Notes: a model not told the origin generated them from the letters alone. Positions 24,781-38,574 are shown, numbered from the stretch's first letter. The stretch: 64,000 nt of DNA from Camelus dromedarius (GCF_036321535.1 NC_087447.1:50532001-50596000), one strand, 5' to 3'. Program-made: numbers and translations.

Positions 24781-27490
24781 ACTACACCCCATTCTGCTTC
24801 TTGTATGGATTGTAAAATAGTAGAAAGCTCAGAGCCCTGTTTCAGGTCTGCAGAGAACATGCTGTGTAACCCCAGACAGATCTCTTGCCCTCTCTGGGCC
24901 TCACCACTATCAATCTTGGCTGGTTGTTACAGGGATTAAAGGATGTGATAACCTTAAAAGTATCCAGCACAGTCCCTGGCATGGGATAACACCCAAGATG
25001 ACCACAAGAAGGGTGATGAGAATGGGGAAAGTGATAGTGCATATGTACAAAGGGTGTGGCAACATAATAGAAGGAGGGGCCAACTTTGCCAGGCCAAGGG
25101 CTTCCTTGGGGAGGGGAATTTGGACAGAGATTTGAAGAATGCAGAGACAGTTCCCTCTCTCTCCTCCCTCCATCTAGTTCCCTGTGACTAGAGGACTAGT
25201 GCTTGGGATGTGTAAGAGGAGAGTGGCCAGAAATGAGGCTGAAGAGGTAGGAGTGAGGGGAGAATATCACAGGGGCCTTGAATGTCAAGCAAGGAGTCTG
25301 GCTTTTGCCACTGAATGGTTTTAAGAGGGCAAATGTCATGATCCATTTTGTAGATGTGCAATCTAGAAAGGTCGTTTTTGCCGCAGTGTGGACAACAGAC
25401 AGGAGGGGAGCCTGGAGGCAGAGACCCTTGTGGGGGAGCGGGGAGGACTGATGGAGATTCCCCACCCAAAGTCCCTGGAGGCCACCTCCTATTTAGGGAA
25501 GCTCAAGGAAAATGATGAATGTAGAAGTCCTCTGAAACTGCCAATAGCCGCCAGCCAAGGTGTGAAGGGTGGTTTGTCAGGCTTACCTGAAGTGAGAGGC
25601 CCTTTGGAGAGGCCTGGAGCCTCCAGCCCCACTGGCTAGTGCCTGCGTGTAAAGGACCGTGGGAGTTTGCATCCCCAGGTTCCCTGGGACTTGAGCATAT
25701 CTCTCCATTGCTCGGTTGCTGAGTCTGAGCCGCACTGCACAACACCACATCAGGGAGGGGAGGATGCAGGTTTTCTAGGCCAGGGAAAAAGGGGGTCCTT
25801 TGCAAGAGGTCCCTTCCCCAGTGAGAGAGGACAAGGTGGCCAGCAGGTGGGCTAGATGAGCAGAGGTCACGTGACAATTCCCCTGTCTCCTCCCCTTCCA
25901 GGCCTGCTTAGCTTTCCAGACTCTACCCTGTCCCCGATGAGTGACGTCTTGGTGTAATAATAACGGCAATAACAACTCACAACGGTGTTTCCTGTGAGCA
26001 GGACTAACGCTTGACTAAGTTACCTGTTTACCCCCCACAACAGTTCTTTTCCAGTTGCAGAAACGAAGAGAGGTTAGGTAACTTCCCTAAAGTTGCCCAG
26101 AGCTGGTAAGCAGCAGGGCTGGAACCTGAACCCTGTCCAATCTTGGGGTCTTCACCAAACACTGCTTTGCGGGTCTCCCTCCCCTCTAGGCAGAGGTAGG
26201 CGCAAGAAGGGCCCCGAGCCCTCTTAAGGGCCCGAGGATGCACAGAGAACCACTAGGGAATGCAGAGTTGAATCTCAGCGGCCCACTTATTAAACATGAC
26301 TGTGAGGAGGTGACTGGATGCAAAGGGGCCTGTAGTACAATTTCAGAGTCCATTTGAAGAGATGTCTGAGCTGGTGGTCTCCGGGTTCTAAAAGCTGGGA
26401 TTCCAACTGGGGGAGGATGATAGGCAGAAAGGAGAGAGGGGGAGCTCTCCTTGCCCCACACTGATAAGACCAGGCTCCCAGCCTTTTCTCTGCATCCCCC
26501 TAACCCTCAGGGACCCAGGTCTCAGCCCAGGTAAGCAGAGTTGCCTGGACCACACAAGCACACAGACTGAGTGTCAGAGGAGGACCTGCAAGAGCACTTT
26601 GTTTTCTGGGAGGCAGATTTGACTTTGCTGCCCCCAAGGCCTGAGGTGGTGGCTTCTCTCTACTCCTCCCTTCCCATCTTCGTACTTACCTACCTCTTTC
26701 CCCAGGCAAATAGGCAGACACACACACAAGCCCAAGCAATTTTTTTTTTAATGAAAAAAATTAAGTAGTAAGGAAAGAAGGAGCAATAAGACTGGATGTG
26801 CAAGTCTGGACCAATGCAAGGGGAACATTGCTTAATCTCTGCACAGCAGGAAAGTTCCTAGGAGGTCCAGGGTTCAAGGCCAAAACCTCCCTCAACCCCC
26901 AGGCCATATACCTCTCGGGTGCCTGAGAACCCACACTCCCTCACCCCACCATGCTGTCTGGTGTTTAGACAGGGAGACTCAAACTCTCCCCTATACCTCC
27001 TTGTAGGAAATGCATCCACCAGGCAATTTCTCCCCCCAACCCCTATGTTAAAAAGTTTTTCTGAATGCTTTCCTGCCCTTTTTCCCATAAAGAGGGGTAA
27101 GAGAGGATGGGCTGCAGAGGGAGGAATAGACTTAAACTGCTGCCTAGTCACACTTTCAGTTTCCCATCTTAGAAATCCAACCAGAAGTCCATGGTTCCCT
27201 CCAGAAAGAAAACAAAAAGTCTGTTGCTTCCTCTCTCCTCTCTTGCCAGCCTTTCTCCCGGAGCCCTGCTCTTCTCTCTGAAAAGAGCTGAAAAGAACTC
27301 TGAAAGATAGAGTTCGTCTTTCAGCCACTCTATCTCTGCTTCAGACTCTTGGTCTCCCTCTCAATAACATCTCTGGGCCTCCTCTTTAACTCGTTTTAAA
27401 AAAGTGGGGTGATGAACGCGAGAAGAGGGAACCCTTACCACCCAATCTCTTCCTTACCGACATCTCTCTCTCCTCTTTCTGTCTCCCTCT

Positions 27491-27514
27491 ACACACACAC
27501 ACACACACACACAC
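27491..27514. repeat. (AC)12 microsatellite at the 5' edge of the CpG island
   Basis: Direct read of the sequence. Confidence 0.95.
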
Positions 27515-27519
27515 TCCAG

Positions 27520-28650
27520 CGACCTCCAGATGTTCCCGACCGTGCGGCGGCCATCTGGTTAGATTGCTCAGGCGCTCCGGGGAAGGGGGCAGGGACCCGG
27601 GATGCAGTAAGCTGGGAGCAAGGCCGACTGGAATGGGCGGGAGCTACGTGAGCACTTTTGAGACGCTCCCTAGGGTGGAACCCGGGCTCGGCGCGGGCTC
27701 TGCCGGCAGGCGGGGGGCGGAGCGGGGAGCGTGCCCAGAAAGGCCGGCACTTTAGAGACACTCCCTAAGTCGCCGGGCGGCCGGCCTGAGCCGCCACTGG
27801 GCGCAGGGCGGGCTGGGGGGCTGTGGGAGCGCCCAGCGTCGGGCGGGGGCCGGGGGCCGGGGGGCGGGCCGCGCCGCGCCGCGCCGCGCTGAGAAAAGCG
27901 CTGGCCCGAGAGCCCGCGGCCGGGCCGCCTGGGTGAGCGTGTCGAGGCGGGTGCGGCGCAGGCTTCCAGGTGGGTGCGCGTCCCCGGGGCGGAGCGGGAG
28001 TCCGCGCAGCGGGCAAAGGACCGGAGCCCCGACCCTAACCTCGCTGCTCCATCCGGCGGGCGAGCGGCGCTGGCCGCAGGGGCGGGGCCGGGGGGCCCTC
28101 AACTTTTCCTGGACCCAGAGCGTCAGCAGCGGCCGCCTGACGCCCGGGGCTCGGCCGGAGTGGGGAACCCGAACCTCGAAGGGGGCTTTCAGGAGACAAA
28201 GGCTCTGCCAGGGGGCCGTGGGCGTGGACCGGCGCCTCTAGGGTCTTTGTGCGGACACGTGCATCTCGCGTTTGCGAGTCTTTGTGGATTTTGTTCCTGG
28301 GACGTGTATCTGCCTGTGCTTTTGTGTGTCCGTGATTCGGGGAGTCTGTTTCGCGCCTATGTCCGCGTTTCGTGGGCCCGCATTTGGCTATGGATGTTGG
28401 TGGGCGCGTCGTTGTGTGCCCGCGTACGTGGTCTGTGCCTGTCGACGTGTCTGGGTTGGGTGGCCGTGGAGTGTGTGCGCGCCGAGAGCCAGACACCGCC
28501 CCGACTCCTCGCTCCCCTGCTGTCCACCCGGGCCCCCGACTTGGCTTCAAACTTTTCTCCTGGTTCCTCGGGCAACAGCCCCCGTCCTCCTCCCCGCTGC
28601 AGCCCGGGCAGGGGGCGCTAGCAACCGTCCCCTCATTCACCTCCAGGGGT
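27520..28650 (+). promoter_or_regulatory. TSKU: CpG-island promoter of TSKU
   Basis: Very high GC and CpG density, several GC boxes (GGGCGG) and a (GCCGC)n run at 27868-27888. It is the only large CpG island in the window, about 10.6 kb upstream of the coding exon. Confidence 0.9.
27880..27969 (+). other. TSKU: Putative non-coding exon 1 of TSKU (5' end approximate)
   Basis: Lies downstream of the GC boxes, contains no ATG, and ends at CCAG|GTGGGT (GT 27970-27971). Joining to 38588 gives ...CTTCCAG|CCCCCACCATG. Confidence 0.65.
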
Positions 28651-31600
28651 CCTTAGAGCCGCAAGGGGATAGTATAGGATCGGTGGATGTGGGAATCGGC
28701 AATACCTGGGCACTGACCTAAGCCAAGGCTGGGCAGAGCGTGCCGGACACCCCAGCCGAACCAGCTGTAAGGAGAGAGGTAAGCACCCGGTCCTGGGCCC
28801 CGATCTGGGGCTGAAGTGAGAAGAGGAGTGGGCAGCTGGTGTTGCACACTCCACGCTTCTCGGAGAAAGTGTATGTGACCGAGAAACGCGTCTGCTTGTC
28901 GGAGAGGCCAGCCCCAGTCCCCAGTTCCGCTTTGAGATCTGCTTTCCGTTTGCATCTAGCCCCTAGGGTAGGGGGTCTAGCCCTCTGATCCCGTAGATGA
29001 GAAGGCAACTGCCGCCCGAGGCCTTGGAGGGAGGAGGAACCTTGCTCACACTAGTTTCCAATGGACAGTCCACTGGCCCACAATAGGGCACTAGGCAAGT
29101 TGCTCAGCCTTTCTGAGCCACAGTCACCCTGTTATGGATAAGAGTGACAGGTCCCTCGTGGGACAGAACATGCGGTGGGAATAACCAAGGAAGCCAGAGA
29201 CAGCCTGAGAGCAGTGCCCCCCCGCAACTTGGCCTGGGCAAGGAGGTGACTCAGGAACTTCTGATCCTTCCTCTCTGCCTGCTCTACCCTTCCAATAAGT
29301 CCAGACTTGCAGAGCACAGGTCCGACCTGAGAGGGAGGGCTCAGGCAGGAGCCTGCTGGGCTTTTGATCCTGGGTGGCAAAGATAACCCTAACACCTTCC
29401 CTCCCTTACCCCCACCCTGCCCCGTGTTTAACCTAGAACTTTGCCTGATGCTGCAGACATGAAGGATGGGCACAAGCCACTCACCTGGGGAGGAGGCAAC
29501 TGTGGACACTTTCCTTTCCCTCTCTGGGCCTCAGTTTCCCTTCTGGAAAGGGAGGTATTGACAGCCTCTCTCCTCCCTTCCTGTTCTGGTTGACTGGTTG
29601 ACATCCTAGAACCTGGGAACACTTTGATATTTAACACCTCCATTCTGACTTGACCAAGTCCCAAGCACTAATTTGCTCTTTTGAAAGGGAAGAGAGGAGA
29701 TGGCTTTGAAGTTAGATAGGGATGAAGTAAGATGGGCCTGGACCCCCTGCAACCCAGGAAGGAACGGATAGAAAGCAGCCTGCCTGGGAAGCCAGGTGAA
29801 TGCATCGGGGAGGGAGGCAGGGAGTATCTCCCATGGGGGAACTGCACTGCATGGCTCTGTGTCTTCTGACACAGCACAGGGGTGATCAGCATTGTGGACT
29901 GTCAAATGCAAGGTTGGGGAGGGAGGGTTGGAATTCAACTTGAGGCTGGAAGGTAAGGCAGAGGCCAAACAGAGGGCCTTGAATGCTGGGCCTAGGAGCT
30001 GAGGATTAGGCAGTAGAGAGCTGTTGGAGGGTTTAAGCAAGCATGACAGGGTGGGATTGGTAATTCTAGGAAACATTCCTCTGGCTTCTTAGGGTCAGAA
30101 GGAGATTTTTACTTACTTCATTGCTTCCTAGCTCTGTGGCCTTGAGCAAGTAACTCTACCTCTCTGATTCCCAGTCTCCTCATCCTTCAAATGAGAATGG
30201 TAATTCCTGTCTCACTGACCTGTTGTGAATGTTAAATAGGATAATGGGTTACATGTGCTAATAAAATGAGAAGAGGTTTAGTCTGGATCATGGTACAGAC
30301 GTTTGTTGGATTTCACCGATAATAGAAGGCAGAGCCAGCATCTACTATGGTCCTAAACCTGATTTCACCACCTGGTAAAGCCCTAAGTATCCTGCAAGCT
30401 TGGACTGACTGGCACCGTCTCCAAGCAGAGGGAAGCTTTCTGCCCAGGACATTTTACTCATCTAGTCTATTCCCTTCACATGGCTAGGTCCCACACAAGA
30501 GTGGAGCTGGACAGTCAGGCTGGGAGATGGCCACACACCACAAAATGTATCATACTTTGACAGGCAGCCCAGGGGCCACAGGAGCCTAGGGGGAGGCTGA
30601 CCTTTTACCAGATGAGGGGCAAGTTAGATTGGGAAGACCTCATAGAGGAGGTGGCTTTTGAATCAAATGAGTGAGAGTTTGCATGGAAGACAGCAGAGCG
30701 TGTTTGTCATCTTCATCAGAGGGAACAGCCTGTGCAAAGGCTGAGGAGTGAGACAGGCCTCTAGACTGGCAAGCTCCCTCTGCAGGATGGGTTTTAAACT
30801 GGGATCAGTGGTGGGGTCCTGGTCTTCTGTTGGGATTCTGCTCTGGTGCCCAGTAAAGCTGGCAGTTGGAGGCAAGGGGCCAGGCCAGGAGGCCTCCTGA
30901 AACTGACCTGGGCAGTATTGGGGGTGAGGGAGGGGAAAGACAGTGACCCACCCACCCAAAGGCAGCTGCCGAATCTCACTCTGTCCTCATCCTGTCACTG
31001 GTGACATGACTGCTTCAGCCCACTTTGGCCCCTGTGACCTTTCCAGATCCCTTTACCAACTCCCTGGTGGAGCCTGGTCAGCACTTGTAGCCCAGGCGGG
31101 ACCCTGGGTGGTGCACTGGGAGCAAATCCAAGGAAGAATCCATATTAGAGTCTTCTCTATCCTCTGCCCCTGTCTTGCCTTTGGATCTACTGGTGTTGCA
31201 GCTCCTTTTTCTTACTTGGCCTTTGAAATCACCCATTAGAGGGCAGGAACCCACATGCAGTGAGCACTAGGGTGTACCAGGCCTGGGCCTGAGTCTTCAC
31301 TTTACCTCGTGTAATCACCCCAGTGGCCCACAGGAGCAGTACGTGGTTTCTCACCCTGTTACTGATGAAGACTCGGACTCAGAGGGGAGAGGGCGCACGC
31401 AGGCCTCCTTGCAGGTGAGGCACCGTGGGGCTGGAGCCGGTGTGCGTGACTGTCCCATACTGCCTGCCCGTGTCCACACATGCTGCCTCAGACCGAAGGG
31501 AACTGGAAAAGCTTCAGGAAGGAGAACATAGCTTTGGAAACCCTGTCCATTCCCGTTGATTAGCCTCCCTGGGCAAGGTGCTGCACCTCCAGGGCCACCT

Positions 31601-34600
31601 GCACCAGGGGTGATGTCATGGAGGAGGCCAGGCCCCGGGTGTCAGAACACCTGGATCCTGAGGCCAGCCTCTGTCCTCACTGGCTGTGTGACTCTGGACA
31701 AATCACAGAGCCTCTCTGGGTCTCTTTATGCAGCTGTAAAATAGATACAGTGCCATCTAACCCGCTGATCTTGCAAGGTGACTGGACAGATAAGAGTTGC
31801 AGAGGCACCAGGAAGGTTGAGAGGTGTCCTTTGGCGAGGTGGTCGTATTCTAAATGCCTGCTGTATCTTCCTGTGGTACCTGTTCTGCGCCAGGCCCGGT
31901 GCTCAGCTCCAAGGACATAAAAAGTGAATCTAACCCCATCCCTGCCCACAGGGAGACAGACAGGTAAACATAGTTATGGTCCAGCATGGTCAGCTCCAGC
32001 TGTCCTCCACACGTGCTCATTTGTAAGTTGAGACAGTGATATAAGGAGCATTGGATTTGGGGCTCAGACTCCTGAGTTTAGACCTGGTTCCTCCCTTACC
32101 CAGCTGAATAGCGTCAGTCTCTTTGTCTGCAAAACAGGGACAGTAATCCCCACGGTCGAGGATTGTGATGCAGAAGTGAGTTGCTGGTGTAGAAGTGCGT
32201 GGCGAGCGGGCGTGTTTGTACAGATGTGTGGCTTTAGCGCTTGTGTTGGGAGAGCCAGCCCTCAAGGCTCTGGGAGTTTGGCCCTGACATTCTTTTGGCC
32301 TTGTGTCTCCAGAACTGATTCAGTGGTCAGGGGCCAGGATGTTAATGGAATTTCCACCTGGGGATTTTGTCGGCGTCAGCTCAAGTGAGCTCATGGAGAA
32401 CATAAGCAGGGTGGGAGGCCGCTCAGCATCGAACAGCCAGTGGAGACAAAGCCCTTCTCAGGTGGGTACTCGGCCCCTTGCCCACCTCATTCCTATGCCA
32501 GGGGTTCCCTCTTGAAGTTGTGGCAAATATCTGGGCCAGAGATGCTGGGGTGCAGCACCACGGGCAGGCAGCTGGGGCCAGGAGGACCAGAGCTGGAACC
32601 CTTGACCCCAGAGAGGTCTCCCCAGAGAAGGAGGGAGACTGGGTCCTTGCCAGGAGACACCGCAGTGACCAGAGAATGTCAGCACAAGCAGTCACAGACC
32701 TGCCAGGTGACTTTGGTGGGGAGGAACAGAATGAAGAATAACACAGTCATTGCCTCCAGGAAGCTTAGTAAATCGTCACCATTGTCTTCTGTGCATTCAG
32801 CACATCACAGGTGGCAGTTGTTGAGCTGAATGTTTCACATTCACCCCGAGGCCAGCAGGTACAGAGCTGGATTCACAGCCGGTCTGAGTCCTGAGGTTGA
32901 CTCTCAACTTCTGGACTCATCATTCGTCCAACATGTTTGCCGTGCCTGCCAGGCCTGGCTCTGGCCCCAGTTAGGGGAGAGGATGAACAGGTGAAGATGG
33001 CAGGGTCACTGTCCCAAGCTGCTCACACTTCAAGTCAGGAAATGGGCAGGTAAATAATGACAGAGAATTTACTCGGTGTGCATCTGAAGGAGGCGTGCCA
33101 GTAGTGTGGTGTGAGAGGCCTGGGGAGCAAGGAAGGGAGGTGGCCTGGGAGCCTGAGTGGACAGAACGGGCTTTGTTCCACTGGCGGGGCCAGGGCAGGC
33201 CTGGTGGATGCAGATGCGGTGGTCCTGGCAGTTGTGGGAGGCATCAGAACTCAGGTCCTGGGCCTGCTCCACTGTTTCCTTGCCATCATCACCCCGCTCT
33301 GGGCCTCGGTTACCCATGATCTCTGAGGGGCCTTCAGCTCCCTAGCCCTGGAATTCTCTGCGTTTGGGGAACTCTGAGCAGGGGCTGAGAGTCATTCAGA
33401 GGCTGTCGCCATAGGTTCGAATCAAGACGGGGAGTTCAGCTGGAGGAGGGAGGAAGGTGGGGACAATGTGCAGATACCTCTATGCCAGGGAGAACTTGGT
33501 TTCTGTAGGTAAAAGTAGAAGTCAGGAGGTTTTTGAGAGGGGAGTGATGTAGCCAAAGCTGTTTCAGAGGCTCTCCGTGTGAGGTATGCAGTATCGCAGT
33601 GCAGAGACCTGTGTGGGGCCTGTTGGAGCCACACCACTGACTCTTTGGACTTCACGGGCCATCAGCAAACTTTCCTTAGAGTTGCAGTGGGCCCAGAAAG
33701 AAATAGCTCATGGCCCCACCTAGAGGCCCTTATGCTATGTCCCCCAAACCAAGGATGGGTACAGTTACTAAGCCCTTGTCTTGCTGCCCTTGTGTTTTGT
33801 AACCTCGCTGATAGTAGATGTCTTTTCTCTGCAGGTTCGGGTTTAGAAAGTAAGTGATCCTCCCTTGGCCTTCCATGGTGACTACCTGTCTGCCTTTCCT
33901 TTTCTCCTGAGGATAGATCACAGGTCCCAGAGGAAGGGAGGCAGAGTCAATACCACACAGATAAGAAAACCAAGTCTCCAAGAAAGAAAGCTGTAAAGGT
34001 CACACAGTTACTAGCAGACCTGAGACTAGAGTCCTGGTCTCCTGGGTCCAAGGCAGGTGCTCATGGTCTTGTTAGGAGTTGGTTCCCTGTCCCCATTGCT
34101 GATCTGTAAGCCCCATGAGGACAGTGCCTCCCTGACATACACTCACGGGGCCTAGCACACTGCCTTGCACTTAGTAGAGGTCTAGTGCTGTGGCTGATTA
34201 ATTATGTCTGCAGTGGATATGGGTATAGGTAGAATGAAGAGGCACAGTTTTTCCATTATCTGGCTTCCACCCCTTGAGGCCTCATTTCCCTATAGAAGTA
34301 TTCATCTTCTCAATCTCATGTTCACAGTCATCCTCTCTAAGGCTGATGGGGCCATCAGTACCATCCCAGATTCACAGCTGAAGGAACTGGTCCAGAGAGG
34401 TAAAGTGACTTGTGCGGTTCACGCTGCAAGTTGGTGTCCAAGGCCTCTGGCTCTCTGTGAAGACCCTTCCTCTCCATGGAGCTGAGGCTAGTGGTTTTTG
34501 TCAAGAGGAACTCACATTACTCATCCTTTCTCAGATCCAGCAGCCCTGTTGAGAAACAACATAGTTGTTGAAGCACTGCTTTCCAGGAGGGCGCTGGTAG

Positions 34601-37600
34601 GAGTTGTCTCATGTTTGATACATGTTGGCTGGAGGAAGGAGGAAGAGAGATGGGGTCAGGCCCACCCACTGATCCCCACCCACTCCCTCCCATCCATGGA
34701 GGAAGGCGAGGTAGCCCACACTGCACCTTCCCTTCCACCATTGTGTTTCCTCTTCATTACAGGCCTGTGAGATGGCGATTACATCTCTCTTTTACAGATG
34801 AGGAGACCGAGACTCAGAGATGGTGGCTAGCCAGACCGGAGAAAGCAGACGTGGCCATGAGGCAGTCGTGTTAGGAGCCTTTGTTACTCTCTGTGTTTTA
34901 TGTGTAAAGACTTACTATAAGAAGGGAAATAAGGGCCAGAAAGGAGATTAAGACATGTTTAAATCATTCGACGTTCTGCCTTCTAAAGAAAGACCACTAT
35001 TGGGTTGACATATTTTCTTCTAGACTTTTCTAAAATTAGGATTTAGGTGTTTTGTTTTTTTAATGCACAGTTATAATTTTCCAACATGCAATTTACCCTT
35101 ATGATCCCTAGCATTATGGCATCAGCCTCTTCCATGAGATTGCAGACTCTTATGAGCATTCTATTTTTGACTCCACAAGATCCCTAGGAGATTTCCACAG
35201 CCATCTCAAGTGGGCTGGGAAGCCCGAGGCCTGAGTCAGGAGACCAGAGCCTGAGCGCCACTTGCCACCGCCTCCCCAGGGCTCCGCGGACAAGTCACTG
35301 CACACTCTCTGGGCCACAGCTTCCTCGTCACTAAAGTGAGGGATTGCACACCCTGCTTTGCAGGCCTCGCAGCTCAGATGAGCAAAAGTCTCTTAGAAAC
35401 TGTCAAGGGCTGCACCCCAGCAGGAGTTTTCTTTCTCTTCCCTCAGTCTCTTCCTGGGAAAGTTGTGCTCTCCCCTTGGCTCCTTTTGCTAAGAGGCTTG
35501 GAGCCAGAGTGCCAGACCCCAGCGTCTCTGAGACACACATGTGAAGGCACCCCTCCTTACATTACCCCAAAGGGGACATTTCCTCTGAGCAGAACAGGGC
35601 ACTAACCATCAGAGACCTCCAGCCCGCACCTCTGCCTATGCCCCCTTCTGGGTCCAAAGTTGTGAGGCCGCTTTGGGATTTCTCCCTTCTCTTCTCCCAG
35701 CCGTTTGTGATGCCCCTGAGAGGTCCCTGGGCTCCACTGCGACCTCAGGAAAGCCCCAGAGACACTGAGTATGAGAAAGCTTGGCACCTCCCTCATTACA
35801 GCCATCAGCGGCAACCGGAGCGTGGCCCTGGGCCTATGGACACTTAGCTCTTGTTTTCCCAGCAACACACCGATGTACACGTTCCATGTGAACCAAGCCA
35901 ATGATGAGGTTATGAAGGCCTGAGTTCGCTTCCTGCCTTTGCCACCTTCCTTTCTCATCCTCAGTTTCCTCCACTCTAACGTGGACAGCGGACTGCTGAC
36001 CTCCTGGAGTGACTGAGGATTGCATGAGGGAACACGTGTCTAGCCCTAGCACATAGTGAGGACTGGTTCTGTCACCGTCAGCACTTTCCACTCCATGTCC
36101 AGGCCTGGCCCAGAGCAGGGGCCCAGGGAGAGGGGTCCACTGTGCAGGGCTGAGCAAGGTGCCCTGGGAGGATTCACAGGCACAGTTTCTCAGGGGGGTC
36201 GTGATCTACGCTTCTGCTGCCCAGGTATCAGCTGTCACCAGCATTGCCGCTTTGGCTTGGCGATGACCACCCAGCATGTGTACACAGTTCTTCACAGTTT
36301 GCATTGCACTTGAGTGAGAGTTGCATCAACTTATATGAGGAGGGGAGGGCAGGAGTTATAGTGGACGAAGCTGAGGCCTGGAGGGGGGCAGCGAGAGGCC
36401 CCTCTCTGGAGGGGGAGGGGAAGCGTTGGGCCTTGTAGGGGCTGCCGGTTACATAAGCAGGAGCTCGAGAGAGGGGCCCTTCGGCACTTAAGAGGCACAT
36501 TGTATAATCACCTTTGGGAACCAGAGGGTAATCTTGGGGCCTTTTTGTGTGTGTGGTGTTTGTTTAAACACCAGGAAAGGAGGGTATGAGCAGATCGGCT
36601 TAACAGGGAAGGTGAGGCCCTGAGTGGTAATGAACCCCTGCAGTGAAAAGTTCACCCTGGGAACAAAAGGGCATGAAGCAACTTAATATTTTTCTTTTAG
36701 TTCCAGACATTGGAACACTCTGTCCTGCCTCAATTGGGACCAAGCCCAGGATGCACCTGGGCCGGGTTTAATCCTCAAATCGGATGGTACAAAAGAAGGG
36801 GTGGAGAAGAGGGGCGCACATAGTGGGGTGGAGCCCGGGGAGTGGGGGAAGAGCCCCACTTCCCCTGCCCCCGCTCAGAGCCAGAGGGCAGATCAAGTGG
36901 CTGCCCCTTTAAAGTTTCATGTGGGGCTGGTAATACTATCCTGCTGCTCCCTCCACAACCCCCCAAGCCCGGAAGGTGGGCAGGCCCCTGGTCCACCCTT
37001 CCCTGAAGGCCAGTGACTGGAAGAGAGGACAGCGGGGCAGAGCAGCTAAAGAACTTGCCGGAGTGAAGCTTGGTGCCTTCTGTCTCCTGAGCGGAGTGGC
37101 TGCTGTGTGGCCGGAGCAGTGTGTGACCACAGACCTGTCCACTTAGAAGCTTTCACTGTTCAACCCTCTCATCCTCTTGCGAGCACCACTGTCCAGGGAG
37201 CTACAGTGCACAGGCTTTGGGGCAGACAGACATGCGTCAGTATGGGGACTGAATGTGACAGCATACACATAGTGCCTGGGATGATAGCAGCTACTGTGAT
37301 AATTGTCCGGGGAGGGAAACTGAAGCCAGCGGAGGGGAAGTGGCTTGCATAGCACATGTCAGTGGGAAGAGCTCCTTTTGGACCCCCGTCTCCTCCTAGT
37401 CCTGCTGGAGGCAATAAATGAAAATAGAGGTATTGGAACTGAGTGGCCCTGGGTTCTAGTCCTGCCCTGCTTTTTACTGGTTTCGGGTAAATCCCTTTTC
37501 CTCTCTGAACCTCTGTTTCTTCATCTGTATAATGGGGGAAACAGCCCAGCTGCCTGCCCTGAGTTAAAGGAAAGGCCAAAGAGGTGTAATAGCTCTAAGA

Positions 37601-38574
37601 GCTGGGGGCGGGGGCAGGGCACAGGGGAAGGGGCTTGGCACAGGTGTACCCAGAGCCCATCTGGAAGTCTAGACAGAGGGTCCCCTGTTGGAATGCGGGA
37701 TCCTGCCTTTGGAGGTCAGACTAGGTAAGGGGGCTTAGGACCCAGCCATTGTTACCCACAGAAGGAGTGAGGTGGGGGCAGTCATTGCAGGTCCCCGTCC
37801 TCCCCTTGCCGAGAGGGGCCTCCGTCTGAGAAGCTGGAATGCGGGTCTGGACATGGCTCAGCACTGCCAGACAGCAGCAGTGAGCCCTGCTTCCTCTGTA
37901 CTACATCGGGTGCCGCTCCCCCTTATGTGTGGCCGTACAGGACTTCTGAGCCTCTCTAAGTCTCAGTTCCCTCTTCATAAAGTGGTGACAGAAGTTGCTG
38001 CCTTGCGATTTTCATGGTGGTTAGGGTTAAGTAAGCCTGTGCAGGGAGGCAGCTAGCACAGCACCCAGCACATAGCACATGCCCGGCAGAGATGAATGGA
38101 ACACCCTGACCCCTAAACTGTGAGCCCCTCCCCGGTAGGACCTGGGTCAGGACCAGCCCATGGACCCTAGACCATCAGAGCTGGAGAGGCCAGCCAAAGA
38201 CCCATCTTGTCCAGTGCATTTCCAACCGGATTCCTTAACAACCTACAGCAGGGGCGGTGAGCAGGCATGGAAGGCTCCAGGCCTCCACCCTTACTTCAGC
38301 CAGAACAGACCTGCTTTCATCTGCAATCTTTAGAAAGTTCTGCTGCTCCTAGTTTAAAATCCAGTCATCTGGCCTAACCATCTTTACCATACAGATAGGG
38401 AGACTGAGGCCAGAGAGGATCAGGGACTAGGAATTCTACAAGGAGGAGTATTGAGGGAAAGCATCTGGGTGGCACTGAGGGGCTGGTGACAACTTGCAGA
38501 TACATCAGCTGGTGTCTTATGGGGAGGGTGGGAGCCCTCTGGTATGGGGTACCTGCTGCCAGCCCTCACCTGCG

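Noticed and set aside
1..27000. Exons of neighbouring genes expected from synteny (guanylate cyclase GC-D/GUCY2E-type or LRRC32 upstream; ACER3 beyond the downstream end)
   Set aside because: No translated segment resembles these proteins, so they probably lie outside the window. A tblastn search would settle it.
27752..28721. Multiple 100-215 aa ORFs on both strands
   Set aside because: Typical stop-poor CpG-island artefacts, rich in R/G/P/A, with no recognisable family.
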